DNA from: Nannocystis bainbridge
GTDB taxonomy: Bacteria; Myxococcota_A; Polyangia; Nannocystales; Nannocystaceae
Direction of reading: 5' to 3'
Assembly: GCF_028368995.1 (NCBI RefSeq)
Contig: NZ_JAQNDL010000002.1
Coordinates: 864,001 to 928,000, forward strand
Length of the DNA: 64,000 nucleotides
The notes beneath the pieces were generated by a model that was given only the letters and a program-made list of their open reading frames with translations, searched no databases and had not been told where the DNA came from. Within the stretch, counting starts at the first letter, position 1, and every line of letters starts with the position of its first letter. A program made the position numbers and the translations under genes. This document shows positions 52,701 to 62,325 of the stretch, one piece after another.

Positions 52701-53157
52701 CGCGGGCGGCCGGGAGGTCGGGGACAGGGCCGTCGCTGCCGGGGACGACGGGCACGCCGCTGGCGATGGCGAGCGCGCGGGCGGCGGTCTTGTCGCCGAA
52801 CGTGTCGAGGGCGGCGGCGGAGGGGCCGACGAAGGCGATGCCGGCGGCCTCGCAGGCGCGCGCGAGGGCGCTCTTCTCCGACAAAAACCCATAGCCGGGG
52901 TGGATGGCGTCGACGCCGTGGGCGGCGGCGAGGTCGACGATCGCCTCGATGTCGAGGTAGGCGCCCACCGGAGTCTTGCCCTTGCCGACCAGGTAGGCCT
53001 CGTCGGCCTTGTAGCGGTGGAGGTGGACGCGATCTTCGTGGCTGAAGATCGCCACGGTGCGGATCCCCAGCTCGGTGGCGGCGCGGAACACCCGAATCGC
53101 GATCTCGCCGCGGTTGGCACACAGGAGCTTGCGGATCGGTCGCTTCGTCAGGGCCAT
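49708..53157 (-). CDS. pyc: Pyruvate carboxylase
   Basis: ANRGEIA, HPGYGFLSE, RDAHQSL, WGGATFD, KDMAG, HVHTHD, AMKM biotinyl motif. Confidence 0.97.
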   Translation of the reverse strand: MALTKRPIRKLLCANRGEIAIRVFRAATELGIRTVAIFSHEDRVHLHRYKADEAYLVGKGKTPVGAYLDIEAIVDLAAAHGVDAIHPGYGFLSEKSALARACEAAGIAFVGPSAAALDTFGDKTAARALAIASGVPVVPGSDGPVPDLPAARAFAAAHGFPIIVKAAMGGGGRGMRVVRSADELDEAFTRAASEAKAAFGDGTVFLERFVGAARHVEVQILGDRTGEVVHLFERDCSVQRRHQKVVEMAPALGLSRETRDGLHGDALRLARAVGYENAGTVEFLVDGDGRHYFIEVNPRIQVEHTVTEEITGVDLVQAQIRIAGGATLADLGLHQGAIVARGHAIQCRITTEDPRAQFRPDTGRIEAYRSASGMGIRLDGGSGYSGAVITPHYDSLLVKVTARGNTFEVARHKLLRALAEFRIRGVKTNIPFLQNVLGHPKFVAGDITTGFVDGTPELFDLPARRNRAQRLLRFLAEVAVNGPTTPWATQTPPARIDPEVPEAREGAPLAGWRDLLRAKGPAAFAAAVRAHPGLLLTDTTWRDAHQSLLATRVRTIDLLAIAPATARVLAPAFSLEMWGGATFDVALRFLREDPWDRLERLRELVPNIPFQMLLRGANAVGYTNYPDNVVRRFVRHSAERGVDVFRIFDCLNYTENLKLGVDAVGEAGGVIEAALCYSGDVADPGRTKYSLQYYVDLAGKLVEMGTHVLAIKDMAGLLRPRAAMILVEALRAAHPAVPIHVHTHDTAGTGVASMLAAAMAGADIVDAAITTMAGVTSQPALGALVAALHGSDRDTGLDIADLSPIGTYWEQARSLYAPFEAGNLSGSADVYLHEMPGGQLTNLQFQANALGLASRWPAIKRAYAAANRLLGDIIKVTPSSKVVGDLAQFMVQNDLDEAAVLAQAETLSFPSSVVEFFQGHLGQPHGGFPEPLRTKVLRGRPTFEGRPGASLPDLDFETLAAELQQLASMPLRDVDIVSGALYPTVFREYLAFRAQFADVSRLPTRAFFAGLPVGEELSVEIEQGKTLIVRMKAVGELGPDGQRDVFFELNGQPRSLRIADKSAVQTVKQRERATPDDPAAVAAPMPGAVTELRVAVGDKVAAGAPLVVLSAMKMETVVAAPHPGTVRRFAVAVGDNLDAGDLLLMLAPV

Positions 53158-53314
53158 GGCCCGTCCGGCATAGCAGAGCTCGCGCACGCGCGTGGGACAG
53201 GGTGCGATGACACGGGCCGGGGGCGGGAGAACTCGGTCTGCGCGCGTTCTGGCGCCGGACCTACGCGAGCCGCGCAGGTGGGGCGGCAGGCCCTCCGTGC
53301 GGTATGGTGCAGGT

Positions 53315-54241
53315 GTGACCGAGGAGCCGCTGCCGCGCCTCTACGGCGACTTCGAGCTCGCGCGCCTGATCTGCGCCAACGAGACCGGCCGGATCTATCG
53401 CGGCTTCTTCCGGGGCTTCCGCGCGTCGAACGTGCGCGTGTTCAGCCGCCAGTACACGTGCGACGAGGCGGCGGTGCAGACGTTGCGCGCCGACCTCCAG
53501 GCCGACCGTGTGATGCACAAGTTCGTGACCGGCGGCTCGTGCTACCTGCCGTTCCGCGTCGAGCAGACGGTGCTGCAGGCGATGAGCCCGCGCGAGGGCG
53601 TCGACCTGGGGACGAGGATCGGCGCCTCGGGGCCGATGCCGTGGCCGGAGGCCCGCTCGGTGCTGCTCGACGTGTGCCGCGGGCTGGCCTACGCCCACGC
53701 GCAGCTGATCGTGCACGGCGACCTGAAGCCGGAGAACTGCTTCTGCGAGGAGCCGATGGAGGCCGAGCTGATGGAGGCCGAGCCGGCGGACACTCGCCCG
53801 CGGGTGCTGGTGATGGGCTTCGGGTTGGCCCGCGCGTACCGGCGCGCGTTCCCGGAGTGGCGGGCCGAGCTGGCCGAGGTGTTCGAGCCGTCGACGGTGT
53901 TCCCGGCGTACATGTCGCCGGAGCAAGTGGCCGGCGAACAGCCGACGGTGCGCTCGGACATCTATGCGCTGGGGGTGCTGATGATCCACCTGCTGACGGG
54001 CCAGCGGCCGCGCGCCACCGGGGCGCCGCCGGCGGTCGAGCGGGCCGGCACGCCGGGACCGTACCGCGCGGACGAGGGCAAGCTGTCGCGCGCGCAGGCG
54101 GAGGTGGCGCTCAAGGCGGTGGCCCGCGAGGCGAGCCGCCGCCACCCGAGCGTGTACGACTTCGCGGCGGCGCTGGTCGGGATCGACGGCGGCGACCCGG
54201 CGACCGAGCTGCCCGACTTCCGCCCGCCGGTCGGCCGCTGA
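53315..54241 (+). CDS. Degenerate Ser/Thr kinase-like protein (probable pseudokinase)
   Basis: HGDLKPEN, YMSPEQ, SDIYALG present; Gly loop and VAIK absent; DFG replaced by GFG. Confidence 0.72.
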   Translation: MTEEPLPRLYGDFELARLICANETGRIYRGFFRGFRASNVRVFSRQYTCDEAAVQTLRADLQADRVMHKFVTGGSCYLPFRVEQTVLQAMSPREGVDLGTRIGASGPMPWPEARSVLLDVCRGLAYAHAQLIVHGDLKPENCFCEEPMEAELMEAEPADTRPRVLVMGFGLARAYRRAFPEWRAELAEVFEPSTVFPAYMSPEQVAGEQPTVRSDIYALGVLMIHLLTGQRPRATGAPPAVERAGTPGPYRADEGKLSRAQAEVALKAVAREASRRHPSVYDFAAALVGIDGGDPATELPDFRPPVGR

Positions 54242-54251
54242 GCCGCGGCGA

Positions 54252-54345
54252 GGGCATGGCCGATCGGGCATGTTCCCGAGGACATGTGCATCGGGGCATG
54301 TGTTCACGAGCATGTCCCGAAGGGCATGTCTCGAGAGACATGGTG
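54252..54345. repeat. 14-bp-period array
   Basis: CATG at 54255, 54269, 54283, 54297, 54311, 54325, 54339; convergent junction. Confidence 0.92.
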
Positions 54346-54374
54346 CTGGCGGGCGCCGCCGCCGAGGCCGACCG

Positions 54375-55973
<1,599 letters not shown>

Positions 55974-56169
55974 CGGCGGCGGACTATATCACCGGCGCCG
56001 TTGCGGCCAAGTCGTGCGTGCCGCGCGAGCCCGGGTGCGTCCCGGGTTGCGCGGCGGCTGTGTCGGTGACGGCCGGCCGATGTGGGCGGCGAGTCCGGCC
56101 CGGGCGTGGTGAGGGAATGGGGGCGAGGCGTGGCGACACGCGGGCCCAATCACCGCCCGCGTGCGCGGC

Positions 56170-58071
56170 TTATGGCGCGACTTCGTAGCGCTGCTGGCGT
56201 TGGCGGAACGCCTCGCGGCCGCCCTCCATCAGGCGCAGGATGTGCTGCTTGACGGTCTCGACGCTGCCCTGCGCGACCTGCCGGGCGTTGCGGCCGTCAG
56301 CCTCGAGCACGATGACCTGCGGGGCCTCGCCGAGGACCGGGAGGTTGGGGTTGTGGGTGATGAAGACGAGCTGCCGCTGGCCGCGGATGGCCGCCAGCTG
56401 CGGGACGATGGCGTCGGTGATGAAGCTGTTGTCGAGGTTGTCCTCGGGTTGGTCGACCAGCAGCGGGGCCTCGCTGTCCATCAGCAGGATCGGCAAGATG
56501 GCGGCGCTCTTCTGCCCGGTCGACAGCTTGTCGCTGCTGCGCCAATCGCCCTGGACCTGCAGCTCGATGCGCGGGATGTCCTCGAGCTCGAGCACGTCGA
56601 GCTCGAACCGCTTGTCGGGGGCCTCGCGCAGGGCCCGGAGCAGCGATTCGGCGAACTCAGGGTTGATCTCGGCGGTCGCGGCGAGCGCGGCGTGGTCGTC
56701 GCGGTCGACGAACTGGCCCAGCTGGACCGGGGTGACCTGGGCGACGAGGCGCTCGATCGGGGCGTTGTACTGCTTGCCCGAGCGGCGCATCACCGCGACC
56801 AAAAACTCGCGGTAGGCGGCGAGGTCGCCGGCGGCGGCGAGGATGATGCGGACCTTGCCGCCGAGGTGGGCGCTGACGTTGCCGGCGGCGGCGCTGCGGC
56901 GGGCGTGACGATCGCCGCGCAGCCGCTGCAGCTCGTCGCGCAGCTCGCCGCGGGTCCGCAAGGTCTGGTCGAGCGTGGCCTGCAGCTCGCCGAGCTCGGC
57001 CTTGCTGGCCGACAGGCGCATGACCTCGCGCGCGGCCTCGTCGCGGGCGGCCAGGCGCGCGCCGCTCTTGGCGGCCACGGTCGCCAGCTCGGCGTAGCGG
57101 GCCTCCTGCGGGGCGTGGGCGGCCGCGAGGGCGGCGGTGGCGTCGTCGACCGAGCGGTCGAGCAGGGCCAGCTTGTCGAGCGGCGACGAGACGTAGAGGT
57201 CGATCTCGACGATCTTGCGCTGGATCTCTCGGGACAGGTCCGCGAGGACATGTCCGTTGGGACCTCTGAGCAGGCCGTCGGGCAGGGCGGTCGACAGCGC
57301 CTTGACCTGCGGCAGGACGGTGTCGCCGATGAGGCCGCGCAGCTTGCCGACGGCGGCGCGGACGCGGTCTAGGGCGGCCTTCTCTTGCTCGCGCAGGGCC
57401 TTGTGCTCGGCGGCGGCCTGCAGCCCGTCGGCCAGGCCGCCCTCGCCGAGCGCCGCGTTGGCGGCGGCGAGCTTGCTCTCCCAGCTCGAGAGGTCGATGA
57501 GGTCGCGCTGGGCGGCGTGCAGGCGGGTGTGGAGGGCGATGATCCGCTGCGCGTTCTCGCGCAAGTGCGAGATGGTCTGGGTCAGCTGGGTCTCGATGGC
57601 GTGGCTCTGCTGGCCGCACAGGCGGTCGATGAGCTCGCGCTGGGCGACCGGGCTCTGGGCGATGTCCTCGATCTGGTTGTGCGAGAAGATGGCGGCGTCG
57701 ACGAGCACGGCGGAGCCGAGCACTTCGGGCCGGACGGGCTTGCCGGCGGCGTCGGTGACCTGCGGGGCGTCGTGGGCCCCGCGGCGGATCTGGTAGACGA
57801 GGCCCTCCTGGCTCTCGAACTCGAGCTCGACGTAGCCGCTGGTCCCGAGGTTGGCGGCGAGCAGGTTCTTGAGCCGGTCGTCGGCCGCCTTGGCGGCGGC
57901 GGTGCCCGATCGCGGGGCGCGGTCGAGGGCGTGGCGGATGAACTCGAGGACGGTGGTCTTGCCGCTGCCGCGACCGCCGATGATGCAGTTCAGGCCGTCG
58001 GCGAAGCGGATGTCGAGCTTGTCGAGGAAGCCGCCGTAGACGCGGAGACGACGCAATTTGTGGTGAACCAC
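56170..58071 (-). CDS. SMC/ABC-type AAA ATPase (TrlF/Ppl-ATPase-like), no PHP domain
   Basis: GGRGSGKTT, coiled coil, LSTGQK, DQPEDNLDN, ITHNPN, MEGGREAF. Confidence 0.85.
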   Translation of the reverse strand: MVHHKLRRLRVYGGFLDKLDIRFADGLNCIIGGRGSGKTTVLEFIRHALDRAPRSGTAAAKAADDRLKNLLAANLGTSGYVELEFESQEGLVYQIRRGAHDAPQVTDAAGKPVRPEVLGSAVLVDAAIFSHNQIEDIAQSPVAQRELIDRLCGQQSHAIETQLTQTISHLRENAQRIIALHTRLHAAQRDLIDLSSWESKLAAANAALGEGGLADGLQAAAEHKALREQEKAALDRVRAAVGKLRGLIGDTVLPQVKALSTALPDGLLRGPNGHVLADLSREIQRKIVEIDLYVSSPLDKLALLDRSVDDATAALAAAHAPQEARYAELATVAAKSGARLAARDEAAREVMRLSASKAELGELQATLDQTLRTRGELRDELQRLRGDRHARRSAAAGNVSAHLGGKVRIILAAAGDLAAYREFLVAVMRRSGKQYNAPIERLVAQVTPVQLGQFVDRDDHAALAATAEINPEFAESLLRALREAPDKRFELDVLELEDIPRIELQVQGDWRSSDKLSTGQKSAAILPILLMDSEAPLLVDQPEDNLDNSFITDAIVPQLAAIRGQRQLVFITHNPNLPVLGEAPQVIVLEADGRNARQVAQGSVETVKQHILRLMEGGREAFRQRQQRYEVAP

Positions 58072-58301
58072 GCGGGACCCTCCGCGCACAGGTTAGGACC
58101 CATGCGCGATCTCGTCCAGAGCGTCGAAGACGCATTCTCTGGGCCAGATAAAGCCGATCGAGCGCGCGCGGGGATGGCGCGACGGGGGCGAGGGCGGAAA
58201 TCGTCGCTGCGAGATTCGTGGATCCGGGCGCGAGCGCGAGGGCCTGCGGCGGCGCGCGTCGCGGGCGTGGTGCGAGGCGGGCGGGGAAGGTAGCGTCGGG
58301 C

Positions 58302-59417
58302 ATGCTCCGTGTCGCGCCGTGGCTCGCGCTGTTGCTGACGGGATGCGAGGCGATGTCGGGCCGCGAGGCCGGGCCCGAGGTCGCGCCGGTGACCGGGGCG
58401 ACGCTGGCGGAGACCGGGCCGCTGCGGGCCGCGATCGCGGCGGGGGTCCGGCGGCGCAGCGAGAACGAGGCGAGCTACGAGGTCGACGCGTTCGTGGCCG
58501 CGCTGGCGGTCGAGGAGCTGGCGAGCGGGACGGGCGGGGTGCGGGTCGAGCCGGCGGTGGAGCGCGGGGCGCAGGTCGGCTATCGGCTGACCGAGGTGGT
58601 GCCTGGCTCGGTGTACGAGCGGATCGGGCTGCGGACGGGCGACGTGGTCGAGGCGCTCGGCGAGGTCCGACTCGACAGCCCGGGCCGCGCGGCCGGGGCG
58701 CTGGCCCGGCTGGAGCGCGGCGGGCAGGTGACGGTGAGCCGCGACGGGGTCGGGTTCTCGCTCGAGCTGCGGGTCGCAGGCGGGCTGGCGTGGGCGGAGC
58801 TGCTGCGCTCCAGGACAGGTTCGCCAGGACAGGTCGCCGGGGACATGCCCTCGCGGACAGGCCCGTTGGGGCAGGTCCCGGAGGACAGGTGGGTGGCGGA
58901 CGGGGAGCCGCCGGCGGGGCCGCGCGACGGCGAAGCCGGAGGAACGCCGGTGGTGTCGCCGGGCGGCGGGGCGCTGCCGGGGACGCCGACGGGGTCGCGG
59001 CCGACGGGCGCGGGGAAGCCGAGCCGCGGCAGTACGGGCAGCGGGGTGGCGAGTCCTGCCGGTTCGACGGGCACGAGCCCGGCGGGGAAGACGGGGGTGC
59101 AGTGCGCGTCGGCGACGAGCTGCACGCTCGAGAAGCAGCAGTTCGACGCGGCGCTCGCCGACCCGAGCAAGCTCGAGCGCCAGGCGTCGATCTCACCGGC
59201 GCGCGGGGGCTACAAGCTGACCCGCGTGACGCCGGGCAGCACGGTGGCGGCGCTGGGGTTCCGCGCGGGCGACGTGATCGTGTCGGTCAACGGGGCCCGC
59301 CTCGACGACGACATGGCGGCGCTGGGGCTCTACATGGGGCTCGAGGGCACGCGCAAGTTCAACGTGACGTACGAGCGCAACGGGGCGCGCGCGAGCAAGG
59401 CGATCGCGCTGCGGTGA
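58302..59417 (+). CDS. Dual-PDZ (GspC-like) lipoprotein
   Basis: LTGC lipobox; GYRL..PGS..GLRTGDVV and GYKL..PGS..GFRAGDVI. Confidence 0.75.
   Translation: MLRVAPWLALLLTGCEAMSGREAGPEVAPVTGATLAETGPLRAAIAAGVRRRSENEASYEVDAFVAALAVEELASGTGGVRVEPAVERGAQVGYRLTEVVPGSVYERIGLRTGDVVEALGEVRLDSPGRAAGALARLERGGQVTVSRDGVGFSLELRVAGGLAWAELLRSRTGSPGQVAGDMPSRTGPLGQVPEDRWVADGEPPAGPRDGEAGGTPVVSPGGGALPGTPTGSRPTGAGKPSRGSTGSGVASPAGSTGTSPAGKTGVQCASATSCTLEKQQFDAALADPSKLERQASISPARGGYKLTRVTPGSTVAALGFRAGDVIVSVNGARLDDDMAALGLYMGLEGTRKFNVTYERNGARASKAIALR
58813..58891. repeat. 14-bp-period array inside a coding linker
   Basis: CAGG/CATG at 58816, 58830, 58844, 58858, 58872, 58886. Confidence 0.85.
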
Positions 59418-59446
59418 GCGGCGAGCGCTTCGGTGGATGGCGCATG

Positions 59447-59480
59447 GGACATGTCCAGAGGGGCATGTCCGAAGTGACAG
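59447..59480. repeat. 14-bp-period array
   Basis: CATG 59450, 59464, CAGC 59478; convergent junction. Confidence 0.78.
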
Positions 59481-59490
59481 CCTCGCGCGC

Positions 59491-59880
59491 TCAGCCGGCG
59501 TCGCCCGCCGCGCTGGCGAGGACGACGGTGTAGCCGTCGCGGTCGCGCAGCCAGATCTCGCGGTGACCGGCGCTCGGGTTGAAGTGGGGCGCGAGCACGA
59601 CCTCGGCGCCGAGGTCGGCGGCGCGGGCGACGGCGGCGTCGAACTGGTCGGTCTCGAACCACAACAGGACGCCGTTGCCGTAGGGGCGCGCGGTCGGGTC
59701 GCCGATCGGGCCGTGGTCGTGCTCGACCTCCCAGCGGTGGAGCTGCAAGATCAGCGCGCCGCGGTGCACCAGCCGCTCGTATTCGCGGCCGCCGTGGTCG
59801 CTCTCGCAGGCGAGGAGGCGCTGGTACCAGCGGCTGCTGGCCTCGACGTCGGCGACGGCGATGAGTGGTTGGGGACGCAT
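59491..59880 (-). CDS. VOC/glyoxalase family protein
   Basis: VADVEASSRWY, GNGVLLWFE, REIWLRDRDGY. Confidence 0.88.
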   Translation of the reverse strand: MRPQPLIAVADVEASSRWYQRLLACESDHGGREYERLVHRGALILQLHRWEVEHDHGPIGDPTARPYGNGVLLWFETDQFDAAVARAADLGAEVVLAPHFNPSAGHREIWLRDRDGYTVVLASAAGDAG

Positions 59881-60080
59881 GGGGAGAGGATCGCGGGGCG
59901 TGGTTCGTGGCGTCAAGCGTGGGGGCTCGTCGCTACAGGGCTCGGTTCGCGCGGCGTGGCGGCGGCGACGGATCACGACCGGACAATGAGGCGTGACGGG
60001 GATCACGGGCGCGTGAGGTGCAGGAATCGTCGGCTTCCGCGAGCGTCGCTAAGCACGCGGGCTCGTCCCGCCCTCACGCC

Positions 60081-60791
60081 ATGCCTTCATCGTCGCTCCC
60101 ATCCGTCGCGTTGCTGTTCGCCCTCTCGTCGCTGTCCGCCTGCTCCGCGGCGCGCATGCAGCTCGATCCGGCGTTGACCGCCAGGGCGCCGGAGCAGGCG
60201 GTCAGCGGCTCGGCGTGGGCCCAGTTCCGCAAGCCGGTGACGTACGCCGGCTACACGGCGACGCTGACGAAGGGCGGCTGGAAGACCGAGAAGAGCGCGT
60301 CGGTCGGGCCGTACAAGCGCAAGGAGTCGGAGCAGAACTTCGAGTTCTCGCTGGTCGGCGGGACGCCGGCGAGCTGGGCCGGGTCCTGCTCGTACGGGAC
60401 GAGCAAGCAGGGCGTGCTGTTCCCGATCAGCAACGACGCGGGGCTCGTGTGCACGATGATGCCGCAGGGCGCCGGCGGCTGGCAGCTCGAGCTCCGCAGC
60501 GGGGGCAAGCTGCACGGGCCGAACACGCTGTCGGGGTCGATGACCGACGGGGCGACGACGATGTCGATCGCTATGGTGCACAAGCTGGCCAACGCGGCGT
60601 TCTCGAGCGCGCAGCCGGTCGGCTACGAGATCCGCGACGCGGGCGGTGTGGCGGTCGCGGCGGTGCAGATCTTCAACCCGCAGTTCGTGTGGATCGACCC
60701 GGGGTTGCCGGTGGAGACGCAGACGGCGATCGCGGCGGCCGCGGCGGGGCTGCTGCTGTCGAGCAACGCGGCGTCGGACATCAACGACTAG
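60081..60791 (+). CDS. Hypothetical lipoprotein
   Basis: LSAC lipobox, beta-rich body. Confidence 0.75.
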   Translation: MPSSSLPSVALLFALSSLSACSAARMQLDPALTARAPEQAVSGSAWAQFRKPVTYAGYTATLTKGGWKTEKSASVGPYKRKESEQNFEFSLVGGTPASWAGSCSYGTSKQGVLFPISNDAGLVCTMMPQGAGGWQLELRSGGKLHGPNTLSGSMTDGATTMSIAMVHKLANAAFSSAQPVGYEIRDAGGVAVAAVQIFNPQFVWIDPGLPVETQTAIAAAAAGLLLSSNAASDIND

Positions 60792-60960
60792 GGTCGCGGG
60801 CGCCGGCGCGGGGGCATGGATCGACATGTCCCCGAGGACAGCTCGAGCGCGCGAGGAGCCGCCCGCCGCGACCTGACGCGGGCGCAAGGTCGGGGCGCGC
60901 TCGCCTGGCGCAGACACCGGACGTCGATGTCGTTGTGAACGAGGTTCGCCCTCCCGTACG

Positions 60961-62247
60961 GTGCCGAGCGTGCGAGACGGCGAGGACGGCGGCGAGGGCC
61001 AGACGCTCGAGGTCGTGGGCCACGTGACCGACGAGTCGTGGCTCGGCATCCCGGCGCTGCACGCCGGCGGCGGGCTGATGGTGGTGCTGGCGGTGGCGCT
61101 GGTGGTCCACGCGCTGGCGCTGCGGCTCGCCCTGCCGCTGGCGCACGGGATGGCGCAGCGCAGCCGGACGACCTGGGACGACGTGCTGGTCAAGCACAAG
61201 GTGCTGGCGCGGCTGGTGCCGATCGCGGCGCTGGTGGTGATCGGCCGCGGCGTCGGGCTGGTGGTCGGGCTCGACGACTCGCTGGCGCGCTTCGTCGAGC
61301 GCATGGCGCTGGCGGCGATCCTGGTGGTGGCGGTGCGCGCGTTCGGGGCGCTGCTGACGGCCACCAACGAGCTGTACACGCGCAACCCGCAGGCGCTCGG
61401 GCGGCCGATCAAGGGCTACCTGCAGGGGCTGAAGGTGCTGGCGTACATCGGCGCGGCGATCGTGGTGATCGCGACGCTGCTCGACCAGTCGCCGTGGCTG
61501 CTGCTCAGCGGCCTGGGGGCGATGACGGCGGTGCTGCTGCTGATCTTCCGCGACACGCTGCTGTCGTTCGTGGCCGGGATCCAGCTGACGACGAACGACC
61601 TGATCCGGGTCGGCGACTGGCTCGAGATGCCGCAGTTCGACGCCGACGGCGGGGTGGTCGACATCTCGCTGAACGTGGTGAAGGTGCAGAACTGGGACGC
61701 GACGATCACGGTGATCCCGACCCACAAGTTCCTCGAGCACTCGTTCAAGAACTGGCGGGCGATGTTCGAGTCGGGCGGGCGCCGGATCAAGCGCGCGGTC
61801 CACATCGACATGGCGACGGTCCGGTTCCTCGACGCGGCGGAGATCGAGCGGCTGTCGCAGATCGTGATCCTGCGCGAGTACCTGGCGAGCAAGGTCCGCG
61901 AGGTGGCGGAGTACAACGAGGCGACGGTGCCGGACGACGCCGCCGCGGTGCCGGCCAACGGGCGCCACCTGACCAACCTCGGCACGTTCCGCGCGTATGT
62001 GGAGGCGTACCTGCGCGCGCACCCGAAGATCCACCCGGGGATGATGCGGATCGTCCGTCAGCTGCACCCGACGCCGCAGGGGCTGCCGCTCGAGATCTAC
62101 GTGTTCTCGAAGGAGACGGCGTGGGTGGTCTACGAGGGCATCCAGGCCGACATCTTCGACCACGTGCTGGCGATCGCGCCGGAGTTCGGCCTGCGCGTGT
62201 TCCAGGCCCCGTCCGGCAACGACCTGGCCCGGCTGGGCGGGCGCTGA
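60961..62247 (+). CDS. MscS-family mechanosensitive channel (YbdG-like); start uncertain
   Basis: GLGAMTAVLLLIFRD, VGDW, VKVQNWD, GGRRIKR, GLPLEIY, FGLRVFQ. Confidence 0.92.
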   Translation: MPSVRDGEDGGEGQTLEVVGHVTDESWLGIPALHAGGGLMVVLAVALVVHALALRLALPLAHGMAQRSRTTWDDVLVKHKVLARLVPIAALVVIGRGVGLVVGLDDSLARFVERMALAAILVVAVRAFGALLTATNELYTRNPQALGRPIKGYLQGLKVLAYIGAAIVVIATLLDQSPWLLLSGLGAMTAVLLLIFRDTLLSFVAGIQLTTNDLIRVGDWLEMPQFDADGGVVDISLNVVKVQNWDATITVIPTHKFLEHSFKNWRAMFESGGRRIKRAVHIDMATVRFLDAAEIERLSQIVILREYLASKVREVAEYNEATVPDDAAAVPANGRHLTNLGTFRAYVEAYLRAHPKIHPGMMRIVRQLHPTPQGLPLEIYVFSKETAWVVYEGIQADIFDHVLAIAPEFGLRVFQAPSGNDLARLGGR

Positions 62248-62250
62248 CGA

Positions 62251-62325
62251 GGTGTCCATGAGGACATGCCGCATGGGACATGTCCCATGCGGCATGGCGA
62301 AGCGGGCATGTCCCGGGGGACAGGC
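62251..62325. repeat. 14-bp-period array
   Basis: CATG at 62265, 62279, 62293, 62307, CAGG 62321; convergent junction. Confidence 0.9.
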
